Positions 39,034 through 49,654 of a stretch of DNA of 64,000 bases are shown here, piece after piece. How positions within the stretch are numbered: the stretch's first letter is position 1; the number at the start of each line of letters is the position of its first letter. Both the position numbers and the translations under genes were made by a program. The notes below the pieces were generated by a model. It saw only the letters and a program-made list of their open reading frames with translations. It was not told where the DNA came from and did no database searches. Source of the stretch: Ignavibacteriota bacterium (GTDB lineage: Bacteria > Bacteroidota > Ignavibacteria > UBA10030 > UBA6906); the NCBI GenBank assembly GCA_963801355.1, contig CAWDEM010000008.1:1824001-1888000 (forward strand). The letters are read 5' to 3'.

Positions 39034-41442
39034 TCATTTTGTTTCTTCAAAGACCATTTTGTCAAGGTTCAAGTAGTCACCGTCTACGACCAGTTTCAGC
39101 AGATGTTGACCGGCATCAAGTTTCGCTGTTCTCTTCACCACTCGCCAGTTTTGAAATCCTTCTGTATTGGGGATCGATACAATCCCCGTCTTGTCTACAC
39201 CATCACATTCCAGATGCAACTTCCCACTGTCGTACGATGAAGCAACGTAGAATGAAACCTCGTACGATGTCGATTGGCTGACATTGACTCTGTATACCAT
39301 CCATTCGCCGGCATGGGTCCAACCCACATTGTAACCTCCGGCAGTGCATCTTTCGATGTCCACACCCTGGTTGAGGCGATATTGCCCGCCTTCATTGATA
39401 TCGTCTGTGTCATAGTGGGCATCACCCGGGCAACCAGTATCGAAGTCTTCAGCTTCAATGGTTCCCGGAATGGTATTCGGTTTGAAAGCTTCCTCCTTCA
39501 TCTCGCAGACCTCCTCAAGTCTCCAACCGAAAACTTGACCAACTTTCGATTTACGTACTCCCGCCTTGGTTCCTTCGGTAATGGGAGTGATCACGGATAG
39601 GCTGATATCGGGGAATTGCTTATTTGAAATATTGAACAATCCGTTGTGCGCATCTTCGATCTTCCAGATTTGGTTCTCTTCCGCTGCAAATGTCGACATT
39701 GCCAGGTCGTGACTCGTGATGCTGCACTCGAGGCCTTTTAGGCTATTTGCCCGGTTCAGAATTCTGTACAGACCCTTCCCTTCAGATTCCAGCTTCCATT
39801 GGTTTGCACTGTCCTTCCGTTTGCCGGAGAGTGTCAAATCTGAGCCAAGCACCAGACTGCGTGTGATATCGCCTGGCACGATGTAGTAATGCGGGGCGCA
39901 ACTAAGGTCAGCATAGGTATCGAGTCTGGGAATTTTGCCATCGAAGCGAAGCTTCAGAACGTATGCCAGGTCTTCGAAAGAACGTTGCTCGGGCAAACCA
40001 ACGTGGAGTCCTTCTGTGTCTTGCTTGAAAGTCAACCGCTGGTATTTTCCGACCTTGCCATCGATAAGGTCAACAGATTTCAGGTCCCTGCAGTCAATTC
40101 TGTGGGAAGACAGCGATGTGAGCAGGACTTCTTTTTGACCTTTTTCCCAACCGAGCAGAATTGCGTAGAGTGTGGAGTTGTCTTTCGATCTGGTGTAGCG
40201 AATATCTTTGGCTGTTCCTTCAGTCGGAGCCGCCATGATTCCATACGCAGCTCCCATTTTTGTAGGGCCTTCTCCGTATTTCTCCCATGCACGCGTTGCA
40301 TACACAGCCTCACCGTACTTTCCTAACCATGCACCCATGGCAAGCAAAACGTCTTTCTGCTCCTGCGGTATTGTGCCATCAGCTTTTGGAGAAATGTTGA
40401 GGAGCAAGTTCCCATTCTTGCTTATTCTGTCGAAAAAGCCATGAAGTATCTGTTTCCTGGAATAGTATCCTATTCCCTCGGTGTAGCACCAGCTTGACGC
40501 GCTGATTGCATCATCGGTAAGCCAGTAGTCGTTGGTAATATCGGCGGGACCTCCGCGCTCGTAGTCCAAGACAGCGCACTTGCTGTTCAGGCCATCTTTG
40601 TATGTGGCTACCACTTCCTTGTTCCATTCAGCAGCTCTATTGTAGTAGTAAGCCAGGAATTGTAGAAGGACGGGTTCTGAAATAGCCCGAAGGTTGAAAT
40701 CCTGCCAAACGATGTCGGGTCTATAGTTATCGATAATCTCCTCAAGCTTGCCTAACCAAAAGGCTTCGTTTTTTTCTTTTCCCTGCTGGCCGTAAAGCAT
40801 GTGAAGTTTTGGATCATTGGTTTGAGGCACTGTGGAATAGTATCCGGTAATGTTGTAAGCGTGATGCATAGAAAGGAATACTCTCATATCTTTCTTGCGA
40901 ATGGCATCCGTCAACAAACCCACCAAATCAAGTTTCGGACCCATATCTTTTGCATTCCAGGGATTGATCTTGCTTGCCCACATCGAAAAGCCGTCGTGAT
41001 GCTCAGCCACCGGGCCGGCAAATCTGGCTCCTGCTTCGGCAAAGAGCTGCGCCCATTCTTCAGGGTCGAATTTGCCTCCTTCTGACTTGAGTCTAGGTGC
41101 AAACTGTACAAAACCACCTTGTCTGTCCTTTGCTCCTGTTATGAAGTTGCTGTATGGCCACTCAGACACGTCGCCATATGTCTCAGTATGGTGCTTGTAC
41201 TCTGGAGACCCCCCTATGTACATACTGCGAGGATACCATTCGTTTGAAAATGCCGGGACAGAGTACACTCCCCAGTGGAAATAGATGCCAAGCTTGGCAT
41301 CTTTGAACCACTCGGGGACCGGGTTCGACTTCTCCAATGAGGAAAAACTAGGTCGAAAACTTGGCTTTTGAGCTTGACCAAAGATGCTGACGGTCAGTCC
41401 TGCAATACACAGCAATAGGAGAACTGCTGATGTGCATTTCAT
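39034..41442 (-). CDS. GH29 alpha-L-fucosidase with ricin-like and CBM6-like domains
   Basis: PEWFKDAKLGIYFHWGVYS, AEHHDGF, SKNGNLLLNISP. QW repeats and IPGTIEAEDFD...GEWMVY. Confidence 0.9.
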   Translation of the reverse strand: MKCTSAVLLLLCIAGLTVSIFGQAQKPSFRPSFSSLEKSNPVPEWFKDAKLGIYFHWGVYSVPAFSNEWYPRSMYIGGSPEYKHHTETYGDVSEWPYSNFITGAKDRQGGFVQFAPRLKSEGGKFDPEEWAQLFAEAGARFAGPVAEHHDGFSMWASKINPWNAKDMGPKLDLVGLLTDAIRKKDMRVFLSMHHAYNITGYYSTVPQTNDPKLHMLYGQQGKEKNEAFWLGKLEEIIDNYRPDIVWQDFNLRAISEPVLLQFLAYYYNRAAEWNKEVVATYKDGLNSKCAVLDYERGGPADITNDYWLTDDAISASSWCYTEGIGYYSRKQILHGFFDRISKNGNLLLNISPKADGTIPQEQKDVLLAMGAWLGKYGEAVYATRAWEKYGEGPTKMGAAYGIMAAPTEGTAKDIRYTRSKDNSTLYAILLGWEKGQKEVLLTSLSSHRIDCRDLKSVDLIDGKVGKYQRLTFKQDTEGLHVGLPEQRSFEDLAYVLKLRFDGKIPRLDTYADLSCAPHYYIVPGDITRSLVLGSDLTLSGKRKDSANQWKLESEGKGLYRILNRANSLKGLECSITSHDLAMSTFAAEENQIWKIEDAHNGLFNISNKQFPDISLSVITPITEGTKAGVRKSKVGQVFGWRLEEVCEMKEEAFKPNTIPGTIEAEDFDTGCPGDAHYDTDDINEGGQYRLNQGVDIERCTAGGYNVGWTHAGEWMVYRVNVSQSTSYEVSFYVASSYDSGKLHLECDGVDKTGIVSIPNTEGFQNWRVVKRTAKLDAGQHLLKLVVDGDYLNLDKMVFEETK

Positions 41443-41477
41443 GGCTGCTTGCCTGTCTGAAGATCAACAATTCTAGC

Positions 41478-41627
41478 TACGGGCATCACTCCGATGCCCC
41501 GCTTATCACACTCGCGTACAAAATGCCGTAGTCTTGCCGGGAGAGCATCTTTGGCCTCCGTATACACTGCATACGGAACAAAAACACGCACCTGATGGAG
41601 ATTGAGACTCTTCGCCAAGTCAAGATC
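41478..41627 (-). pseudogene. Internal fragment of a GH5-like gene
   Basis: DLDLAKSLNLHQVRVFVPYAVYTEAKDALPARLRHFVRECDKRGIGVMPV, with no start codon context. Confidence 0.6.
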
Positions 41628-41681
41628 CCACTTGTCTTTCCACTCGTTATCTCTCCTTCCATTACTGCAGACATCGACTCG

Positions 41682-44294
41682 TCAAAAATCTATGACAGCC
41701 TCCTTCCCCGAATACCCGATCGTCTTGTCGAGCATCGAAGACGCTTCAACACCTGTTCCTTTGTTTCCTCTGACTAAGACAATTCCGAACGTGTGTGTGT
41801 TTGGCTTCCCCGGGTAGGATCCTTTGCGTGCACCAATAGTCAACCTTTTTCGCGCGTCGTTCCATTTGAAGGTGATCAGAGAATAGAGTCCCTTCTCATA
41901 GTCATAGTTGTTGTTTTCATCCTCGTAGAGCGTGAACACGCCGTCAGCTCCGGGATAGATTCTTATTTCAATGGGGTCGTTCTTTTCCGTGGAGTATTGA
42001 ATGAATGGCCCCATCGGAATGATGGATCCTGCCTTGACCAATAGCGGAATCTTGTCCAGAGGAGCAGCGACTCTTGTCGTGTGGGCTCCAGCAAAGCGTT
42101 TGCCGGTCCAGAAATCATACCAGCCAGCACACACTGGCAAGTACACATCCCACTCAGCTATGTTTGGTTCAGTAACCGGAGCAACCAGAAGCGCCTTCCC
42201 GAACATGAATTCATAAGGATGACTTAAAGCAGAAGTGTCTCCACAAAAGTCCATGACCAACGGCCGCATGATGGTCGACCCTTTGCTTGTAATCTGCCAC
42301 GCCTCGGAATAGATATATGGAAGGAGACGATATCGGAGGTCAAGCATCTTCCGCATGTTCTCTTCAACCCTCTGTCCATACTTCCAGGGCTCGGTTTCAG
42401 ATTGATAGCCATGAATGCGAAAGATGGGATTGAAAGCACCCCACTGGTACCACCGGGTGAGGAGCTCATGGTAGTTTGTGTCGGCGTATTGCGATTGGCC
42501 GGGTCGGAAAAAGCCGCCGATGTCGGTCGTCCAATATGGCAAACCGGTAATTGTATAGTTCAGTCCGGCCATAATCTGCCGTCGGTACGAGTCCCACGTT
42601 CCCCCAACATCGCCCGACCAGTTGATCGTCCCATACCTCTGTTGCCCGAGAAAAGCCGATCGAGTAAGGATACAAACACGTTTATCGGATGTCGCCTTGC
42701 GCTGACCTTCGTACACGGCTTGACTGACGAACAAAGGATAGGTAAGGCGATACAAGTCACCGACACCGAGATAATTTCTCCTGCCTGACAACCCATCGTT
42801 CTCAGGTTCCGTCGCATCCATCCACCATGAATCGACACCGTGGACGAAGAGATTCTCGTTCAGGGCATTCCAATGATACTCACGAGCCACCGGGTTCAAC
42901 ATATCAAGCCAAGGGCTCTCAGGGAGAAAGAGGTTCTTCGCGACGTAGCCTTTGCCGATGTCAGAGTTTTTGTCCACATTCTCCCAGACCGAAATAGAGA
43001 GATGCGCATGCAAATCGTGGAGCGTCTTGATGAATCCCGTCGGATCGGGATAGTTCGCTTCATCGAACTTCATGACGCCCCAACCGTACTTCCCCCAGTA
43101 TTGCCAGTCCTGCACAATAACATCCATGGGAAAGTGTCGTTTCCGAAATTCCTCCACGGTTTCCACAAGATTCGCACTTGACGTATAGCGTTCACGGCAT
43201 TGCCAGAAGCCATAGGCCCAACGGGGCAGCATCGGGACATTGCCGGAGAGGTTCCTGTACGTGGCGATCACGCTGTCGGCCGAAGGCCCATAGAACACGA
43301 CGTAGTCGAGCAGCTTCGCATTGGGAGAACGGAATGTGGTACGGTCCTCATCTCGTTTCCAGGCCAGTGTTGGTTTGTTGGTTGCCCGGCAGACCAATTG
43401 TACCGTGTGTGTTCCGGCATTGAGGTGTACGCGTGCACAGGCAGTCGGCGGCAACCAGAAATTGGTTATGTCGAGGCACGGCTTGCCATCGAGAACAACA
43501 AGCTGACGATTGTCCATGTTGCCCACGTCGAGAAAAATGGCATAGCCGCCATCCTCCTCAACACTGAACTCACCCTTATACAGTGCCTGCTTTGGGGATA
43601 CCTTCTGTGTACCCGATGTTGTGGTGACTTCAGCCACCTTATCATCCCGGGACGATGATTGATTTACTCTTTCGAGGGGAACGACATTGTCGGCAGGATT
43701 GAAATCCGTGAGTCCGTACTGGTGCCAAAGCAGTCCATACCCTTTGCTGGAGTACACGAAGGGAACTGCTATTTGGGAGTTCACCTGGATCAGGCGACGC
43801 GTCACACCTTTCAGGTTGTAGTGCCCGTCCTGGAATTGCCCCAGTCCAAAGAGACTCTCATCCGATGGAGATTCGAAGGCCAACTCCGCTTTGTAGCACC
43901 GTTCACTCATAATAGTATCGGGCAGCAGTTTCCGGGTTCCTCCTTTTTCACCAAGGAACATATTCCCCGCACTATCCTCAAACCATAGTTTGCCGTCCTG
44001 TTTGTCAAGAACAACACCCATGTGTTTGAGTCGTACCTCGAGTCGTAAAGGCAAATCGGAGATCGCAAACCCGGGAGTTCGAGCGCCTGAAGACAGGATA
44101 AGCTCAGGCATCCGTGCGTCACCATCTTTGAAGAACTTGATCCTGACAGCATTGTCAGTCAAAGGACAAATGCTGAGTGTTCCGTCCGGCAGAGTGATGT
44201 TCACTCTATCAGAGAGCTGTTCATACCCTCGTACGGTTTGTCCCAAACAAAGCGACGGAAGCAGGATAATTGCCAAACAGAAAATATATTTCAT
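41682..44294 (-). CDS. GH31 alpha-xylosidase-like enzyme with PA14-like insert
   Basis: YGFWQCRERY, IVQDWQYW, WWMDATEPE, WSGDV, WTTDIGGF, and a DUF5110-like tail. Confidence 0.92.
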   Translation of the reverse strand: MKYIFCLAIILLPSLCLGQTVRGYEQLSDRVNITLPDGTLSICPLTDNAVRIKFFKDGDARMPELILSSGARTPGFAISDLPLRLEVRLKHMGVVLDKQDGKLWFEDSAGNMFLGEKGGTRKLLPDTIMSERCYKAELAFESPSDESLFGLGQFQDGHYNLKGVTRRLIQVNSQIAVPFVYSSKGYGLLWHQYGLTDFNPADNVVPLERVNQSSSRDDKVAEVTTTSGTQKVSPKQALYKGEFSVEEDGGYAIFLDVGNMDNRQLVVLDGKPCLDITNFWLPPTACARVHLNAGTHTVQLVCRATNKPTLAWKRDEDRTTFRSPNAKLLDYVVFYGPSADSVIATYRNLSGNVPMLPRWAYGFWQCRERYTSSANLVETVEEFRKRHFPMDVIVQDWQYWGKYGWGVMKFDEANYPDPTGFIKTLHDLHAHLSISVWENVDKNSDIGKGYVAKNLFLPESPWLDMLNPVAREYHWNALNENLFVHGVDSWWMDATEPENDGLSGRRNYLGVGDLYRLTYPLFVSQAVYEGQRKATSDKRVCILTRSAFLGQQRYGTINWSGDVGGTWDSYRRQIMAGLNYTITGLPYWTTDIGGFFRPGQSQYADTNYHELLTRWYQWGAFNPIFRIHGYQSETEPWKYGQRVEENMRKMLDLRYRLLPYIYSEAWQITSKGSTIMRPLVMDFCGDTSALSHPYEFMFGKALLVAPVTEPNIAEWDVYLPVCAGWYDFWTGKRFAGAHTTRVAAPLDKIPLLVKAGSIIPMGPFIQYSTEKNDPIEIRIYPGADGVFTLYEDENNNYDYEKGLYSLITFKWNDARKRLTIGARKGSYPGKPNTHTFGIVLVRGNKGTGVEASSMLDKTIGYSGKEAVIDF

Positions 44295-44301
44295 TGTTTT
44301 T

Positions 44302-44574
44302 CTACCTGTTCATAGATGGTCTCACCATTGCTTGAATCACAACCTGTGCCGACTGGAGACCTTCGGAGGTCGCGGAAAGGTAGTAGGACATTTGATAGTT
44401 GACGCCAAACACATGAGCCACGACGCGTCATTGTATTCCGGTCGTTCAGCGCCTGTCATTTCACCGCGCAGAATCGCCAGGTCGAATCACACGATTGGAC
44501 TTGTCTCGGTACCCCTGCGGCCGCACATTCACAGATCATAAGTCCCACAAGAAGCGCACGCGCCGCACGTTCAT
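44302..44574 (-). pseudogene. GH2 gene collapsed to its N- and C-termini
   Basis: Frameshifted signal-like peptide, DSTWRF/LRGEMTGAERPEYNDASW, then LSATSEGLQSAQVVIQ*. Confidence 0.65.
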
Positions 44575-47021
44575 TGTGATTTCCTTCGAAGAGATTCTGG
44601 ATTCTCTTTAGCCCCGGCAATGATGGTGACATGTGCGTCAGGCAATCCCGGCGAGCTTGTCGTGAGGTTGATGCTGCCTGCGCGTTTCGTGCTTCTGATG
44701 ACGACAAGCGCACGACCATGCCACGCTCTGCGCATTGTGCCGACATATTGATCAACGTCCTTGGTATCGGCATTCCCCACTCCGACAATAGTCCCCGGAC
44801 CGCTGATGCTGAATTGCATGCGATTCTGTGCATTCGGTTGCAGCGTTCCATCCTTGTCGTTGACTTCAATTCCAACAAACGACAGGTCTTGTCCATCTGC
44901 AGAGATTGTTCGTCGGTCCGGGCGAAGGGATATCCTGGAAGCACGCCCAGCCGATCGCAGGACGGTTCGTTCCGCTTCTTTGTTGTCTTGCACACCAACC
45001 GCCTCCAACTTGCCGGGAGCGTACGGCACATGAAATGTCGCTTTGAACTCCTGTTCTTCTGCTGTCGCTTGTTCGCCTACGAGTTCCCTATTCAGGTACA
45101 GTCGGACTTTGGGGTACTTTGAATACACCTCTACCTGGAGAACCTTTCCTTCGTACCCCGGCCAGGTCCAACTTTCCCATGTTGGCCAAACGGACCAAAG
45201 AGTCTCCTTGATTTCCAGCGGTTCCGGATTGGGTTCTCGAACAGCCATGTAGAGTTTTTCCGTGTTGTTGTTCAGCATGTTCCGATAATGGGAGACTGGT
45301 CTTCTCCATCCGATCAGATCAATATCACCGCACGATGCAGCGTGCCAAGGGAACAGATTACTCTCCCAGTGTTCGCCAGGTGCCTCGCCTGTGTAGTACC
45401 ATCGACCGATGCCGGATTCGCCAAGATAATCAAGCGCCGTCCACACGAAGTCACCAATGATGTAGTTGTGGCTGTATACCATTTTCCAACTCGAGAAGGC
45501 ATCTCTCGGATATGACTCCGTTTGAACGATAATGCGGCCAGGAACCCGCTCATGATCAGTCGGAGCCCGATTGAGTTGATAGTTATATCCGCCGATGTCA
45601 TGGACTGCAAAAAGCGAATCGAACATTTCCCACTCTTTGTCCCAGGTGGTCATCGCAGAGGTGACCGGACGTGTTGGATCATGTTCGCGGACACATTGTG
45701 CAAGCGATCTTGCCGTTTCAATAGCATCCGGTTTCTTCCGTTCGATGATTTCGTTGCCAGTACTCCAGAGAACAATCGATGGATGGTTTCGGTCACGTAA
45801 CACCATCGCTTCTATGTCCCGTTGCCACCACTCATCAAAAGAGAGAGCGTAATCGAAGGGTGTTTTGCTTTCTCTCCAACCGTCGAATGCTTCGTCGATG
45901 ACCATCATTCCCAATCTGTCGCACGCTTCCAGGAACGCCGTTGACGGCGGATTATGCGCAGTGCGAATCGCATTGAACCCAGCCGACTTGAGCAATTCAA
46001 TCCGGCGTTCCTCGGCACGATCAAACGCAGCGGCACCCAGACAACCATTGTCGTGGTGGACGCACCCTCCATTCAGCTTCACGGTCTTTCCATTGAGCTG
46101 AAATCCATTGTCCACAGAGAAAGCTATTGAACGTACTCCAAAGGTGGTATAAGTCTCGTCGATGAGACTACCGTCCTTCATCACTCGTACGTTCGCTTGA
46201 TAGAGATGAGGCGTTTCCGGTGTCCATAACGCCGGCGTCGTCATGAGAATGGTTTGGTTGAGTTCCTTTTCGCTTTTTGCCCGCAATTCTACTCGTATCT
46301 GATTCTCCCCTACCTTGTCTGCACGTGCTCCCAGAAGCTGAGTCTCAAGAATCACGCTTTGCGATGAGTCCGTTTCATTCGCCAGCAGCGTCGTAATCTG
46401 AACGGTTGCATTGTCAGTCGACTCCTCACGCGTTGTGATTCCTACTCCCCAAGTGGCAATATGCACGGGGTCGGTAACGACCAACCAGACATGCCGATAG
46501 ATGCCGGAACCACTGTACCAGCGACAGTTCATTTGATGTGAGTTGTCTACCCGCACGGCGAGGACATTCTCTCTGTTGAAGTCCAGGTAAGGCGAGAGGT
46601 CATAACGAAACGTGGTATACCCATACGGATGCACACCGAGAGATTTCCCATTGAGGAAAACCTCTGAACTCATATACACCCCTTCAAAACAGATTGATAC
46701 GCATTTGCCTTGCCACGACGGAGGAGCCCCGAATGTCTTTCGGTACCATCCCACACCCGCAGGGAAGAAGCCTCCGCCACCACCAGTCGGATTGTTCGGA
46801 CTAAGCCTACCTTCGATACTCCAGTCATGCGGCAAGTCCAGTGTTCGCCACTTCTTGTCGTCACAGTCGTTGGCACTGGCTGACGGTTGATCTCCCAGAA
46901 AGAACTTCCAGTTGTCATCGAAGAGTCTCGACCGTTGGACAATATCCTGGCCTTTGCTGCACACGACGAAGCTCAGGAGGAATACTACCGCTAGCGTCGG
47001 TTGTGTGAAAAATTGTAGCAT
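44571..47021 (-). CDS. GH2 beta-galactosidase-like enzyme
   Basis: LPHDWSIE, RWYSGSGIYRHV, NAIRTAHNP, RDRNHPSIVLWSTGNE, WTALDYLGE. Confidence 0.93.
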   Translation of the reverse strand: MLQFFTQPTLAVVFLLSFVVCSKGQDIVQRSRLFDDNWKFFLGDQPSASANDCDDKKWRTLDLPHDWSIEGRLSPNNPTGGGGGFFPAGVGWYRKTFGAPPSWQGKCVSICFEGVYMSSEVFLNGKSLGVHPYGYTTFRYDLSPYLDFNRENVLAVRVDNSHQMNCRWYSGSGIYRHVWLVVTDPVHIATWGVGITTREESTDNATVQITTLLANETDSSQSVILETQLLGARADKVGENQIRVELRAKSEKELNQTILMTTPALWTPETPHLYQANVRVMKDGSLIDETYTTFGVRSIAFSVDNGFQLNGKTVKLNGGCVHHDNGCLGAAAFDRAEERRIELLKSAGFNAIRTAHNPPSTAFLEACDRLGMMVIDEAFDGWRESKTPFDYALSFDEWWQRDIEAMVLRDRNHPSIVLWSTGNEIIERKKPDAIETARSLAQCVREHDPTRPVTSAMTTWDKEWEMFDSLFAVHDIGGYNYQLNRAPTDHERVPGRIIVQTESYPRDAFSSWKMVYSHNYIIGDFVWTALDYLGESGIGRWYYTGEAPGEHWESNLFPWHAASCGDIDLIGWRRPVSHYRNMLNNNTEKLYMAVREPNPEPLEIKETLWSVWPTWESWTWPGYEGKVLQVEVYSKYPKVRLYLNRELVGEQATAEEQEFKATFHVPYAPGKLEAVGVQDNKEAERTVLRSAGRASRISLRPDRRTISADGQDLSFVGIEVNDKDGTLQPNAQNRMQFSISGPGTIVGVGNADTKDVDQYVGTMRRAWHGRALVVIRSTKRAGSINLTTSSPGLPDAHVTIIAGAKENPESLRRKSQ

Positions 47022-47078
47022 GCTCTGGTCATGTTTTGTGAGCGACTCGGGGCTCTGGGCCGAAGACCGGCTTTCCGC

Positions 47079-49499
47079 CTATGGTTGAATGACAACTTTC
47101 TTCCCATCGTACACAACGACTTTGTCATACTTTTCAACGGAACCCATCCCGACACCTTTGTTCTTCGAAACCCATACGATGTTGAATTTCCTCTGATTGA
47201 GCATTCCAGGGAAGGAACCGGTCCTCTCGCTGATTGTCAGAGCTTTCTTCGCATCGTCCCAGGAAAAGGCAATTGTGGAGAAGGCTCCCTTCTCATAGTC
47301 GTAGTTGTCCTTTTCATCTTCGTACAGCGTGAACTCGCCATCAGCTCCCGGATACACGCGTACTTCCAGACTCTCCCACTGCTTTTCGCCGGCATACTGC
47401 ACCTTGGGTCCGAGGGAAATCACCGAACCTGCTCTTACGTACAATGGTATCATGTCTATCGGGGTGACCTTGTTGACAGTGTGCCCGCCGTCATGCTTTT
47501 CGCCTGTCCAGAAATCATACCAGCCGGTACCTGCAGGCAGATAGACGTGCGTTGTTTTGACATTTCCGAAATTTGCGATCCGGGAGGTATCTTTTCCGCT
47601 TACAACCGTATCCACATACAAGGGTTGTGTCACCGGACACACCAGAAGCGACTTGCCGAACATGTATTCGTTGTCGGTATCCAGCGCATTTCGATCCTTC
47701 ACGAAATCCATCATGAGCGCGCGCATCATGGTGGATTGATGGGCAGTAACATCCCAGGAGGCCGAATAAATATAGGGCAGCAATGAATAACGCAGGGTTA
47801 TCGCTTTCTCGATCGCATCGTAGATCTTCTCGCCTTTCTTGCCAAATTGATAGATCTCACGGGGAGCATCAGTACCATGGGAGCGCATCATCGGGCAGAA
47901 TCCGCCGAACTGAATCCAGCGCACATACAGTTCGCGGTAGTTGGGATCGCTCAGTCCTTGGGGAAAATTCCAGAGGAAGAATCCGCCGATATCGGAGTTC
48001 CAGTACGGTACTCCGCTGAGCGAGAAGTTGAGCCCGGCAGAAATTTGAGCTCGTAGCGCACCCCATGATGCAACGACATCTCCCGACCAGGTATTCGACC
48101 CATAGCGTTGTTGTCCCGCAAACGCTGAACGCGTGAGAATGAATACCCGTTTGTCGGAGGAGGCCGAACGCTGATGATCGTAGACGCCGCCGACATGCAT
48201 TAGGGGAAACGCGTTTCGCACCTTGCGGAACGAGCCCAGGTATGTCTTGTTGTCGAAATCGGCGGGCTTGAAGTCCATGTGATCCGGCTCCGACGAATCG
48301 AGCCACCATCCATCAATGCCCAGCGAGAACAATCCCTTGTTCAGATGCTCCCAAAAAATCGAACGGGCTTCCGGATTGTAGACATCGTACACGCGCACAC
48401 CCGACGGGAATTTTGGGTCGGGGGGCCACTCGTCCTTTGAACTCATTGGCCATGTTTTGATATCGAACAACATGCCCTTCTTGCTCATGATCTCAAACTG
48501 TTTGGTCTTCGGACCGAAGGATGCCCAGACGGAAATGATGATGTGTGCATTTATGGAATGAATGCTGTCGATCATTTTCCTGGGTTCGGGAAACTCAGGG
48601 TTCATGAACTCCATGGCATTCCAGTGGAAGTTGTCTCCCCAGTACTGCCAGTCCTGAATGATGCCATCCAGGGGAACGCCCAGTTCACGATATTTCTTGA
48701 CTACGTCGACAGTCTCAAACTGACTCTTGTATCGCTCTTTGCTTTGCCAATAGCCGTACGTCCAGAGTGGAAACATAGGCACTTGCCCGGTGAGACCGCG
48801 CATCAGCGAGATGACCCCATCCGCATTGCCGCCATACATGAAATAGTAGTCAATACAATCGCCTACATCCGATGTGAATGATGTGCCTGCCGAGTCGTCG
48901 ACAAAGAGCGTCGGAGAGTAATTGTCCCAGAACAGCCCATATCCCTTGACCGACTGGAAGAACGGGACGTAGTCATCGGTATTGCCCTGGATCATGGTGA
49001 GGGTCTGGTTCCGTTGGCTCATCTTGCCTTTCTGTTGCTGTCCCAAACCGTAGATCGCCTCGTCTCTCTCTAGGACAAATGACTGGCATACGCTAAAAGT
49101 GTTTGTCCCAGCATCGTCGCGTGGTGCAAACATCTCCCCAGGTTCTTTTTCGCGCAACAACGGCACGCCCGATCGTGTCGCAAAGGCAATCTCTCCACTT
49201 TTCAAGTTCAGGATCACATGGATTCTCTCGGCTTCCACACGGAGTTCATCGCCGATCTGCCCTGCGTCAAATGGCACCTTGTCCGGGACCTGAACTACCG
49301 AGAGACTTCGCTTCGTAGAGAGTGTACCCTCAGGCGATTTCAGCACTCTCACAAGAGACGGACTGTAGAACTGAATCTCCGTGGTGACTGAGTGAATGGT
49401 CAACCGTACACCACTGTCGGTCTTCTGATACGGTTGAGCCCTAGCAGCCACGACAATGACCCAGAAAAATGATGCGATGGTCAAGAATGTCCTATTCAT
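47079..49499 (-). CDS. GH31 alpha-xylosidase-like enzyme
   Basis: GYWQSKERY, IIQDWQYW, WWLDSSEPD, WSGDV, WNSDIGGF, RSHGT. Confidence 0.92.
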   Translation of the reverse strand: MNRTFLTIASFFWVIVVAARAQPYQKTDSGVRLTIHSVTTEIQFYSPSLVRVLKSPEGTLSTKRSLSVVQVPDKVPFDAGQIGDELRVEAERIHVILNLKSGEIAFATRSGVPLLREKEPGEMFAPRDDAGTNTFSVCQSFVLERDEAIYGLGQQQKGKMSQRNQTLTMIQGNTDDYVPFFQSVKGYGLFWDNYSPTLFVDDSAGTSFTSDVGDCIDYYFMYGGNADGVISLMRGLTGQVPMFPLWTYGYWQSKERYKSQFETVDVVKKYRELGVPLDGIIQDWQYWGDNFHWNAMEFMNPEFPEPRKMIDSIHSINAHIIISVWASFGPKTKQFEIMSKKGMLFDIKTWPMSSKDEWPPDPKFPSGVRVYDVYNPEARSIFWEHLNKGLFSLGIDGWWLDSSEPDHMDFKPADFDNKTYLGSFRKVRNAFPLMHVGGVYDHQRSASSDKRVFILTRSAFAGQQRYGSNTWSGDVVASWGALRAQISAGLNFSLSGVPYWNSDIGGFFLWNFPQGLSDPNYRELYVRWIQFGGFCPMMRSHGTDAPREIYQFGKKGEKIYDAIEKAITLRYSLLPYIYSASWDVTAHQSTMMRALMMDFVKDRNALDTDNEYMFGKSLLVCPVTQPLYVDTVVSGKDTSRIANFGNVKTTHVYLPAGTGWYDFWTGEKHDGGHTVNKVTPIDMIPLYVRAGSVISLGPKVQYAGEKQWESLEVRVYPGADGEFTLYEDEKDNYDYEKGAFSTIAFSWDDAKKALTISERTGSFPGMLNQRKFNIVWVSKNKGVGMGSVEKYDKVVVYDGKKVVIQP

Positions 49500-49654
49500 G
49501 CCTTGAGTCCGTTCTTGAGTAGGGTTGATCTTCCGTTATCCATTTCCTAGAAAGTTGGATAGGAGCAACTATAGATGCATTTCCACCGGTTTTTTCTCCG
49601 GCAAGTGCAGGTCGCAGTTGGCCGTGCCCAGCTTAAGCGCCTGGTTAGCGGCCC

